DNA of 64,000 bases from Bacteroides sp. (GTDB lineage Bacteria; Bacteroidota; Bacteroidia; Bacteroidales; Bacteroidaceae), in assembly GCA_021202275.1 (NCBI GenBank), contig JAJQDI010000025.1, positions 8,112 through 72,111 on the forward strand, in the 5' to 3' direction. Each line of letters opens with the position of its first letter. Position 1 is the first letter of the stretch. This document shows positions 21,137-29,725 of the stretch, piece by piece. Made by a program: the position numbers and the translations under genes. The notes under the pieces are model-generated. The model did not search any database, was not told where the DNA came from, and saw only the letters and a program-made list of their open reading frames with translations.

Positions 21137-22306
21137 TCAATGGGTAGCCCGATACCAGGAAGTCTCCGTTTTGGAAGAAGTAGAAGAACTGATGCTGGGA
21201 TCTGATACAGTGATGCCCGAAAAAGTGTTTATATAGATTCTGCCCCGGCTCATGGTATAAAAGTGGGAAGTATGTTTTCTGTATCCGGAGGGAACCGTAC
21301 GTTCCAGCCGGGTCTCAAACAGATCAAACAAAGTCGGGTCCGGACATAGATGCCGGACATAATCGCACAGATCAAAGAAACGTGTGGGAGAATAGCCATC
21401 CATGCGTTGGATATGGCCCAACAGGGAAGGATCCAGGGTATATACGCTATTTATGGTCTTCATTACGGCTGCCAGCTGGTCCAGTCCGGCACATACGGTT
21501 ACGCCGATGGTACCGCAAGGCATAACTGTATAGGTAGCATAAAACGCGTGAAACGCATTCACGATTCCTTCATAATCGACCTCTCCGATAAGGTGTTCGG
21601 CCATCGTCGCATACGGCATACCGTATGCCATAATTTCCGTAGGGCACCCGATCATGTAATCTGTCACCTGACGCAGGTCGTAGGCTGCTTCGACCGACGA
21701 CATGTAGCAATCATCAAAAAGTATATATTCCATTTTTATCCCGGCTCCGGAAATCCCTTCTGCCAGCGTAGTGATATCGGTCTGGAACCGGCTCGTAGTC
21801 CCACCGAACCATCTGGTTTTCAGCCTCCCTTCATACTGCCAGTATTCTTTTTCTACCTGGGTCCGGGACGCAGTTTGTTGGACAGAAATCCATCCCACCC
21901 CGTGGCAACCGATGATCATGCCGTAACGCCTGGCCGGAGCATATCCGATCACATCCCTAAGAATGGCAGTGATCCCTTGCGCTGTGGTGAAAGGAGGATT
22001 TTCGTAATACCGGATCGTTTCCCGGACACACATCCCCTTTTTATATTTCAGTTCAAACAAAATAGCTTCCGTAGCGGACGTGGAGAGGAAAACAACGACA
22101 CGTTCCTTTTTCAGTATACCTCTGCTTATGGCACTTTCAAAGTCTGAGATATTGGTATGGAAATAATCCAACAGATCCTCTGCCCAGGGCAAATACATAC
22201 ATACCGTTTGTTCGGCAGGTCCGGTAAATGGGTCCGGGTTCTCCTTCGCCTGGCAAGAGGATAAGAAAAGTGAGACAAAGACGATCAGATAGATACATTT
22301 TTTCAT
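21137..22306 (-). CDS. Clostripain-family (C11) cysteine peptidase lipoprotein
   Basis: Lipobox MKKCIYLIVFVSLFLSSC (start 22306). Catalytic IGCHGVGW and ILFDDCYM. Confidence 0.85.
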   Translation of the reverse strand: MKKCIYLIVFVSLFLSSCQAKENPDPFTGPAEQTVCMYLPWAEDLLDYFHTNISDFESAISRGILKKERVVVFLSTSATEAILFELKYKKGMCVRETIRYYENPPFTTAQGITAILRDVIGYAPARRYGMIIGCHGVGWISVQQTASRTQVEKEYWQYEGRLKTRWFGGTTSRFQTDITTLAEGISGAGIKMEYILFDDCYMSSVEAAYDLRQVTDYMIGCPTEIMAYGMPYATMAEHLIGEVDYEGIVNAFHAFYATYTVMPCGTIGVTVCAGLDQLAAVMKTINSVYTLDPSLLGHIQRMDGYSPTRFFDLCDYVRHLCPDPTLFDLFETRLERTVPSGYRKHTSHFYTMSRGRIYINTFSGITVSDPSISSSTSSKTETSWYRATH

Positions 22307-22317
22307 AGGTTCTGTTC

Positions 22318-23103
22318 TTATATCGTATCGGCAAGTGTTTTCTGGCTGTTGATCCACTGCACGGCTTCCGTTGTATTCCTTACATTCAGCTGACGCAGGA
22401 TCATATGTTTGTGATACTTGACTGTATTCAGGGAGATACCTAACATATCAGCGATTTCTTTTTCCGTTTTTCCGCAACCCGCCAGTTCCAATACTTTCTC
22501 CGATTTTGGAGTAAGCCTCTGCACCTTCACCTGTACAAACTTCTTTGTCTTCTCTATATATTCATAGACCGTATGATCATCACTCATTTTGAAATAGAAT
22601 GTACCGGGAGTTCTACTTGTGGGATAACTCAACACACAAAGACCAAGCCGTAATCTGCCATCTTCGGTCATATCCAGTAGCGAAACTTTATGGTTCATCA
22701 ACGTATATGTACCATTTTTATCCCGGATCCTTATATCCATAGAAGATGCCCCGCGATACCTGCGTTCCAGAGGAAGAGCAAAGTAGAAATCATATCCGAG
22801 CCGGTTGACGATCTCCACTTTTTCCAGGTCCTCTCTCAGAATAATCTGATCCAGCAACCGATAACTATAGGGACCCTTCATCTGCGCACCATTCCTGAAT
22901 GCTTTTCTTAAGGAACAATGCCTGGACATATAAAGTATCTGTTCATTGCGATAGTCAAGGATATACGCATCTGTATCCATCGTTTCTTCCATCGCCTGCA
23001 AACACCTGATATAGTGACTATCTTTTTCCGAATAATCCGTTTCCTTCTCAGATTCCGCATATTCCTGTAGAGAATGTTTTTGTATAAAAGTTAAATCCTG
23101 CAT
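22318..23103 (-). CDS. LuxR-family regulator (N-terminal PAS-like sensor, C-terminal HTH)
   Basis: C-terminal LTPKSEKVLELAGCGKTEKEIADMLGISLNTVKYHK. Confidence 0.88.
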   Translation of the reverse strand: MQDLTFIQKHSLQEYAESEKETDYSEKDSHYIRCLQAMEETMDTDAYILDYRNEQILYMSRHCSLRKAFRNGAQMKGPYSYRLLDQIILREDLEKVEIVNRLGYDFYFALPLERRYRGASSMDIRIRDKNGTYTLMNHKVSLLDMTEDGRLRLGLCVLSYPTSRTPGTFYFKMSDDHTVYEYIEKTKKFVQVKVQRLTPKSEKVLELAGCGKTEKEIADMLGISLNTVKYHKHMILRQLNVRNTTEAVQWINSQKTLADTI

Positions 23104-23288
23104 ACACGCTGATTTGAGTTCCAAAATTACATAAATGATTCTGTCATTCCACCCATTTGCCCTTCATCTGTTACTACCCACAAGAGTAGGAAACGTGTAG
23201 GAACTGGTCCTGAGCTTCTTTAAACGGCTATTCAGGCTCCACCTTTTGTTGCTTTCGCCCTGTCCGGAACAATTTGATAAACAGTTTT

Positions 23289-24059
23289 CTATTCTGTTAG
23301 TTTTTTCTGATTGTTCATCCATTGTATGGCTTCAGCCGTATTTTTGGTTCCGGTCTGGACAAAGATCCTCTTTTTATGGTATTTCACCGTATGGATCGAT
23401 ATACCCAGCTCGCAGGCGATTTGCTGTTCACTTTTGCCGTTACTTGCCAGTTCAAGTACCGACAATGATCTCGAAGTGAGCTTTTGGGTTTTGACCTCTA
23501 CGAACTTCCCGACTGCCGCAATGTATTCATATACGGCCCGGGTATCGGTCATTTTAATATAGGAGTTTCCGGGGCTGTCGTGTGTAGGATGGCTGTTTAT
23601 ACAAAGTGTCAGTCTTAAGGATCCGCTGTCTGTCAGATCCAGCATACTGCCCTTGTGATTGATAAGTACAGGCCTATTGTGTACTCCCCTGACCTTAAGG
23701 TCCTGCGTAAAACACAGTTTCCAGCGCCTGTGCACAGGCAGAGAATAAAAGAACCGGTAGACCTCGCGGTTCACTACGGATATCCTCGCGTACTCTTCCG
23801 GAGAGATAAATCCGTCCAGATAATCCAGATGTATAAAGGGATTCTCGGCCCGGGTACCCTGCCGCCGGAGTAAACTGTTGCGCGTCGCATACAAGACCCG
23901 CTCATTCATATAATCAATGATGTAGGCATCGATATCCATCATACTCTCCATGGCTTTGAGAGATTGTATAAAGAACTGATCACGCTCCGGATAGTCTTTC
24001 CGATCCAGTTCCGTGTAAGCGTGCAACGGATGCTTCTGTACGAAAATGCGCTCTTTCAT
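23289..24059 (-). CDS. LuxR-family regulator, tandem paralog
   Basis: LTSRSLSVLELASNGKSEQQIACELGISIHTVKYHK. N-terminal region is similar to its neighbour (DAYI.DY.NE..LY). Confidence 0.88.
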   Translation of the reverse strand: MKERIFVQKHPLHAYTELDRKDYPERDQFFIQSLKAMESMMDIDAYIIDYMNERVLYATRNSLLRRQGTRAENPFIHLDYLDGFISPEEYARISVVNREVYRFFYSLPVHRRWKLCFTQDLKVRGVHNRPVLINHKGSMLDLTDSGSLRLTLCINSHPTHDSPGNSYIKMTDTRAVYEYIAAVGKFVEVKTQKLTSRSLSVLELASNGKSEQQIACELGISIHTVKYHKKRIFVQTGTKNTAEAIQWMNNQKKLTE

Positions 24060-24181
24060 ACCTCAATGTTACAAATTTTATTTCAAAGATAATATACATA
24101 CTACTCCTAAGTATAGTATTTGGAAATGATATGTACCAACGGCTTACTTTTGCATCAGGTAATATAAACACAGATCATGAT

Positions 24182-24601
24182 ATGAAAGTAAGTAATTTCA
24201 TTGCAACCCTTCTGTTTTTCACCCTCCTGGCGGGGTGCGATAAGAACACTACCTCCGACGAACCCAGGGGAGGATGGTATGTCATTAGTGACCAGAACAA
24301 GATTATGGGAGATGCGCTCTTCAACAGGTACGACATCGACCAGATATGGATAGAAACGTCTCCGGATAGCGGTAGTAAGTCGGTCTATATAGTTACAGGA
24401 AGCTTCACCCCGGATGCGACAGCGAGGTTATCCGCATTCACACAACAGCATATCGGCAAAAGATTCGGTTTTGTACTTGATAAGGAAATTATAACCTCCG
24501 AACGCATTGAACAGTCCTGGGAGGAAGGATGGTTCTCTATTCCTTTCAGAAAAAAGTCCAAAGCCCGGAAAGCGTATGAGAGTCTGTTAATTGGCAAATA
24601 A
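24182..24601 (+). CDS. Lipoprotein with possible SecDF P1 head-like domain
   Basis: Lipobox LLAGC. FTQQHIGKRFGFVLDKEII resembles the SecD P1 head segment; the domain call is tentative. Confidence 0.6.
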   Translation: MKVSNFIATLLFFTLLAGCDKNTTSDEPRGGWYVISDQNKIMGDALFNRYDIDQIWIETSPDSGSKSVYIVTGSFTPDATARLSAFTQQHIGKRFGFVLDKEIITSERIEQSWEEGWFSIPFRKKSKARKAYESLLIGK

Positions 24602-24614
24602 ACCTATACAAATT

Positions 24615-25382
24615 ATGAAAACGTCACATAGTATAAAAACAGCGATCGGTCTGTTTCTGGCACTTACCGTTGCCTGTAGCAGTGAAAAACAGGAAGAGGA
24701 TCTTCTCAGAGTGCTTCATTACGAAAATAACGAGATCATTCTGTTCTATCCGGATGATATCGGTTCGTTGACCATAGCAGGTGGCACAGCACCCTACTCC
24801 GTGCGTTGTGAATCTGAGATATTGAAGGTAGATACGGAACCCTGGCCCGACGAATGGCCCCATACGTTTCATTACGAAACACTGAGAACAGGAGAAGCAC
24901 GCATTCTGATCTCCGATGCATCGGGTCAGACACTGGTGCTGCACGCGCGGATCATATACCGTGAATGGAACGTTGAAATAAGAGAGCACTATGCCTCTGT
25001 AAACGGAGAGCTGCTGACCCTTGCCGCTCAGAAGGAGCTCAAAGAGAAAGCCCTGGCCGCTATTCCCGTAGAGGTAGGCGGGGGATACAAGTTCATCTTT
25101 ACGGAAAGGGAAGCAGGGAGTGTATATGTGCATAAAGAAAAAATCGGAGCAGCGTACACCGAAGGGAGTTTTACAGTCAGCCCGGGAGAAGAGTCGCGCC
25201 TGTTCCACCTCCGGTTTGATGACACAGTGCATACATATGTAGAATATCGGCAACCTCTTTCACGCGCTACCTTATCTCCTCTGGTCGTAGTTGCTTTCTA
25301 CGAAGACCTTAAGGAGAAATTCAAACCGGAATATCCTGAAGCAGAATCGGTCTATTCGTTCCAATATTTTTATCAAAGATAA
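24615..25382 (+). CDS. Hypothetical lipoprotein
   Basis: Lipobox LTVAC. IAGGTAPYSV Ig-like segment; no family assigned. Confidence 0.75.
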   Translation: MKTSHSIKTAIGLFLALTVACSSEKQEEDLLRVLHYENNEIILFYPDDIGSLTIAGGTAPYSVRCESEILKVDTEPWPDEWPHTFHYETLRTGEARILISDASGQTLVLHARIIYREWNVEIREHYASVNGELLTLAAQKELKEKALAAIPVEVGGGYKFIFTEREAGSVYVHKEKIGAAYTEGSFTVSPGEESRLFHLRFDDTVHTYVEYRQPLSRATLSPLVVVAFYEDLKEKFKPEYPEAESVYSFQYFYQR

Positions 25383-25451
25383 GCTCCTGCTGGGAATCCG
25401 GAACAGCACAGGAAACCGGTTCCGGGACAACTGCCCGGTATCTTATAAAAA

Positions 25452-25492
25452 ACAAACCACCGTCCGAAAAGATCCGGAACGGTGGTTTGCCA
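25452..25492. terminator. Bidirectional terminator-like hairpin
   Basis: CAAACCACCGT...ACGGTGGTTTG between convergent genes, A-rich 5' flank. Confidence 0.6.
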
Positions 25493-25570
25493 CCTTTAAA
25501 CACCTTTAAACAAAATGGAATATCGGTTCCTGCCCACAACTAACTAACCCGTAACAGAAACCAATGAGGG

Positions 25571-25727
25571 GATTTACGATTGGACTATTTACGATGTACG
25601 ATTTAAATTTCATCGTTGAATGATGCCGTTTTTACTGTTGCTTGACTTACCGGTAGCTCTTGTCTGAAAATAGAATAAGCAGGATAGGTAATATCAATCG
25701 TAAATCGTAAATAGTCCAATCGTAAAT
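25571..25727. repeat. Heptamer inverted-repeat cassette H5 downstream of eda
   Basis: 25572-25605 versus reverse complement of 25694-25727: 32/34 match, both arms carrying the GATTGGAC TATTTAC variant. On the - strand the arm starts 3 nt after the eda TAA. Confidence 0.92.
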
Positions 25728-25731
25728 ATCT

Positions 25732-26403
25732 TTATTTTCTCGCCTCAGCAATATAGCCGAACGCTTCCTGACATTTAGCAGTTACCCATGCCCAATCGCC
25801 GGCTTCAAGTACCTCTTTGGGGAAAAGGTTAGAACCCATACCCACACAGGTGACTCCCGCTTTGATCCAGGCGGTCAGATTTTCCTTAGTTGGTTCTACC
25901 CCACCGGTTACCATCAGCATAGACCAGGGCATCGGGGCTTTTACATTCTTCACAAAAGAAGGTCCACCCACATTACCTGCGGGGAATACCTTGCAAAGAT
26001 CACAACCCACTTCCTGAGCAAAACCGATCTCAGAAACCGAACCGCATCCCGGAGTATAAGGGATCAGGCGACGGTTACAGATCTTTGCGATCTCCGGATT
26101 GAACAACGGACCTACAATGAAATTTGCACCCAATTGGATGTAAAGCGCCGCAGTAGCAGGATCTACGACAGAACCGATACCGATGATCATATCGGGACAC
26201 TCTTTGGCTGCCCATTTGACCAGTTCGGCGAAAACGTCCTGTGCGAAATCACCTCTATTGGTGAATTCAAATGCGCGGACACCCCCTGCATAGCAAGCTT
26301 TTACTACATTCTTTGCAACTTCCGCGTCTTTATGATAGAAAACAGGTACCATTCCGGTACTTGCCATTGCGTTGAGAACCTGGATTTTATTAAATCTTGA
26401 CAT
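25732..26403 (-). CDS. eda: 2-keto-3-deoxy-6-phosphogluconate / 4-hydroxy-2-oxoglutarate aldolase
   Basis: [38 protein letters not shown]. Adjacent to kdgK. Confidence 0.95.
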   Translation of the reverse strand: MSRFNKIQVLNAMASTGMVPVFYHKDAEVAKNVVKACYAGGVRAFEFTNRGDFAQDVFAELVKWAAKECPDMIIGIGSVVDPATAALYIQLGANFIVGPLFNPEIAKICNRRLIPYTPGCGSVSEIGFAQEVGCDLCKVFPAGNVGGPSFVKNVKAPMPWSMLMVTGGVEPTKENLTAWIKAGVTCVGMGSNLFPKEVLEAGDWAWVTAKCQEAFGYIAEARK

Positions 26404-26409
26404 GATTAT

Positions 26410-26915
26410 ATTTACGATTTACTGATGTACGATGTACGATTTATTTTTCACTTTAAACTATAGGGTTCATCACTGTTTCTGGCGAAGAGTAAGAATGGCA
26501 CTCACTATAATTTTATACAATTCCTGAGCTTCGCGCATTAGCCCTGCCAGTTTTTCCTCCGGGATCATTCCACTTTCAATAATCATTTTCAGCCAATGAA
26601 TGGTTTCATCCAGTTCCTCCTCTACTGTTTTAAGCTTATTAAGAAAATCCTTGCCTGACTTAGCCAGACAAGCGGCTCTGTAATTAGCTGCCGGAGATGT
26701 ACCGGATCGAATAATCTGCCGGGCTATGGCATAGCCTGCAAGTGTAGAAGGTAGATGATCTACCATTTTAATGATCCTTAGAGAAAAAGTCTTCAGCCTC
26801 AACTTCAACTCCTCACGATTCATCGCCATATAGTATATATATTATCTACGATTTACCGCTCTACGACATAGAATGTATTTCCAAATCGTACATCGTAAAT
26901 CAGTAAATCGTAAAT
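26410..26915. mobile_element. Heptamer inverted-repeat cassette H6 carrying a four-helix-bundle gene
   Basis: Arms 26410-26442 and 26883-26915 are reverse complements at 32/33 positions. The cassette fills the kdgK-eda gap. Mobility is inferred. Confidence 0.75.
26470..26829 (-). CDS. Four helix bundle protein (TIGR02436 / 23S rRNA IVS protein-like, Avd fold)
   Basis: QIIRSGTSPAANYRAACLAKSGKDFLNKLKTVEEELDETIHWL is the family signature; 119 aa. Confidence 0.92.
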   Translation of the reverse strand: MAMNREELKLRLKTFSLRIIKMVDHLPSTLAGYAIARQIIRSGTSPAANYRAACLAKSGKDFLNKLKTVEEELDETIHWLKMIIESGMIPEEKLAGLMREAQELYKIIVSAILTLRQKQ

Positions 26916-26919
26916 CCCT

Positions 26920-27963
26920 TTATCTGCTCACCCGACCAGATCCATCGCCCTTCATCAGGTTTTCCACCTCAGCGATAGTTACCAGGTTGAAGTCTCCGTA
27001 GATGGTATGTTTCAGACAGGAAGCAGCTACCGCGAATTCAAGTGCTTTCTGGTCGTCGGCAGGATAAGCGATAAGACCGTAGATAAGACCACCCATGAAA
27101 GAGTCACCACCACCTACACGGTCTACGATGTGCGTGATATCGTATCTCCTGGACATCTTCAGAGAACCGTCTGAGTAAAGCACGCCGCCCCATGTGTTGT
27201 GGTTGGCATTGATCGCACCACGCAGTGTCACGATCATCTTCTTGCAACGGGGGAATTTCTGCATCATCTGTGTACATACGGATTCAAATTCGGCAGCATT
27301 CACCTCTCCGTGAGTAGCCGTTACGTCAAATCCTTCGGGTTTGATACCGAATACTTTTTCGCAGTCTTCCTCATTACCCAGGATCACATCACAACCTTCT
27401 ACCAGCGCAGGCATCACTTCATCCGCGGTCTTACCGTATTTCCAGAGATTCTTGCGGTAGTTGAGGTCGCAGGAAACCGTTACACCCATTTCATTGGCAG
27501 CCCGGATCGCCTCCAGACAAGCATCGGCAGCACCTTGCGAGAGAGCAGGAGTGATACCGGTCCAGTGGAACCACTGCGCGTCTTTCAACACCTCTTTCCA
27601 GTCGATCATTCCCGGTTCGATCGTAGCAATCGAAGAGTGGGCACGGTCGTAAACCACCTTGGAAGCACGGTTCACCGCACCGGTCTCCAGGAAATAGATA
27701 CCAACTCGGTCTCCACCACGTACGATGTGGTTTACTCCAACGTTGTGAGAACGCAGATCCATGATACAGGATTCGGCGATGTCATTTTTGGGAAGACGGG
27801 TAACAAATTCAGTTTCCAGTCCGTAGTTGGACAACGATACGGCTACATTGGCTTCACCTCCGCCAAACGTAGCATTAAATTCTTTGGCCTGTGAAAATCT
27901 CAGGTAACCCGGAGTAGCCAGACGAAGCATGATCTCTCCAAAAGTAACAACTTTCTTTCCCAT
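26920..27963 (-). CDS. kdgK: 2-keto-3-deoxygluconate kinase (PfkB family)
   Basis: VVTFGEIMLRL, FGGGEANVA, DLNYRKNLW, DRVGGGDSF. Confidence 0.95.
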   Translation of the reverse strand: MGKKVVTFGEIMLRLATPGYLRFSQAKEFNATFGGGEANVAVSLSNYGLETEFVTRLPKNDIAESCIMDLRSHNVGVNHIVRGGDRVGIYFLETGAVNRASKVVYDRAHSSIATIEPGMIDWKEVLKDAQWFHWTGITPALSQGAADACLEAIRAANEMGVTVSCDLNYRKNLWKYGKTADEVMPALVEGCDVILGNEEDCEKVFGIKPEGFDVTATHGEVNAAEFESVCTQMMQKFPRCKKMIVTLRGAINANHNTWGGVLYSDGSLKMSRRYDITHIVDRVGGGDSFMGGLIYGLIAYPADDQKALEFAVAASCLKHTIYGDFNLVTIAEVENLMKGDGSGRVSR

Positions 27964-28092
27964 AATTTTGTCTTTTAATAATTTAAGTATATTAGATGTT
28001 CAACTTTCAAATTATCACTTACCCTGAAAACAACCTCAATTACCTGATAACTAAACTTTTTATATTGAAAACCGATTTTCACAGACTTTGTC

Positions 28093-28188
28093 GTGTGCGG
28101 GCACAAAGATACAATATTTTTCGTAATTACAAAAATTGTTATATATTTGTGTCGAAAAAATGAATATTATTATTGTGTGCGAACACAA
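28093..28188. promoter_or_regulatory. Two candidate LacI-type operators (GTGTGCGGGCACAA 28093-28106; TTGTGTGCGAACACAA 28173-28188) and kdgK -7 box (TATCTTTG on - strand)
   Basis: Imperfect palindromes with central CG between divergent kdgK and LacI genes. The first overlaps the -7 element. Confidence 0.6.
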
Positions 28189-28190
28189 GA

Positions 28191-28415
28191 GATTTACGAT
28201 GTACGATTGAGATTACATGATGGAGTATTCTCATGCTAATAACGTGAAAAGATGTATGATGGAACTATTTATCAATAAGGGGGACAACCATAGTACTATA
28301 AATAAGGTAAGGAAAGATAGGATGTATAATGGACTTTAGTGTATGGTTTTTATTCAGGAAAAGACAAGGAAGGAATATAAATCGGATATGGTAAATAGTT
28401 AAATCATAAATCGTA
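28191..28415. repeat. Degenerate heptamer cassette H7
   Basis: GATTTAC GATGTAC GATTGA at 28191-28210; eroded GTAAATAGTTAAATCATAAATCGTA at 28391-28415. Confidence 0.6.
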
Positions 28416-28492
28416 TTATTTTTGCAGAATATTTGAGATTCATGTGTTACAAATCACTACATCGTAAATGAATCAGCCTCTTAATACATAGT

Positions 28493-29557
28493 ATGAACAG
28501 ATTACCTGAACGAATCAGAATCAAAGACATTGCCCGTCTGGCCGGCGTATCGGTAGGTACGGTAGATCGTGTGATCCACGGTCGGAGCGGTGTCTCTCCT
28601 TCCAGCCGCAAACGGGTGGAAGAGATACTGGCAGAGTTGGATTATCATCCCAACATGTATGCCAGTGCCCTTGCTTCAAATAAGAAGTATACCTTCTCTT
28701 GCCTGCTGCCTATGCATCAGCCGGGAGAATACTGGACAGCCATAGAAAAAGGGATCAGCGACGCGCTGGCTGCTTATTCGGATTTTCACATATCGCTGAG
28801 AACCGACTATTACGATCCGTATGATTATCATTCGTTCGTAAACAAAAGCCAGGATATCCTGACAGAGGAACCCGATGGAGTGTTGTTCGCTCCGACCGTA
28901 CCTCAGTATACCCAAAGGTTTACCGACAAGTTGAATGAATCGGAAATACCTTTTATCTATATAGACTCGAACATTCCGGCAGTGCCGCCACTGGCTTTTT
29001 ATGGTCAGAATTCGCAACGGAGCGGATATTTCGCCGCGCGGATGCTGATGCTGCTGGCCGGGGATGAAAAAGAAGTGGTGATCTTCCGGAAGATCAACGA
29101 AGGGATCGTGGGGTCGAACCAGCAGGAAAATAGGGAGATCGGTTTCCGGGAATATATGAAACAGCATCACCCCTTCTGCCGCATCCTGGAGCTGAACCTG
29201 CACGCCAGGCGCAACAGCGACGACCACCGGATGATGGATGATTTTTTCCGGGAACATCCCGGCGTACACAGCGGTATCACCTTCAACTCCAAAGTATATA
29301 CGGTTGGAGAATATCTGCTGGAAAAGCCGCAAAAAGGTTTCAACCTGATCGGCTATGACCTGTTGGAAAGGAATGTACGTTGCCTGAAAGAGGGAAGCGT
29401 ATCTTTCCTGATCGCCCAGCAACCCGAGCTACAGGGATACAACGGGATCAAGGCATTGTGCGATCATCTCATTTTCAAGAAAGAGGTGAACCGTATCAAT
29501 TACATGCCTATTGATCTGCTGACTGTGGAAACCATAGATTTTTACCGGAACCGCTGA
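28493..29557 (+). CDS. LacI-family transcriptional regulator (probable KDG/uronate regulon)
   Basis: RIKDIARLAGVSVGTVDRVIH HTH plus periplasmic-binding-fold sugar domain. Confidence 0.93.
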   Translation: MNRLPERIRIKDIARLAGVSVGTVDRVIHGRSGVSPSSRKRVEEILAELDYHPNMYASALASNKKYTFSCLLPMHQPGEYWTAIEKGISDALAAYSDFHISLRTDYYDPYDYHSFVNKSQDILTEEPDGVLFAPTVPQYTQRFTDKLNESEIPFIYIDSNIPAVPPLAFYGQNSQRSGYFAARMLMLLAGDEKEVVIFRKINEGIVGSNQQENREIGFREYMKQHHPFCRILELNLHARRNSDDHRMMDDFFREHPGVHSGITFNSKVYTVGEYLLEKPQKGFNLIGYDLLERNVRCLKEGSVSFLIAQQPELQGYNGIKALCDHLIFKKEVNRINYMPIDLLTVETIDFYRNR

Positions 29558-29725
29558 AACGGGTATCCGGCAGGATAGATCCATGGCAGGATGACCAGCC
29601 TGTCTGTACAAAGCCTGTACAAAGCAGAGGGTCCGGACAGAGAACAGAGAGTTGGAAAGGCCACAGAAAAAACGAAAAACATACATAATATATATTTTTA
29701 ATCATTTAAATGAGGCTCTAAGAAC

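Noticed and set aside
26470-26829. Diversity-generating retroelement (Avd-like gene)
   Set aside because: No reverse transcriptase and no TR/VR pair differing at adenines seen in the window.
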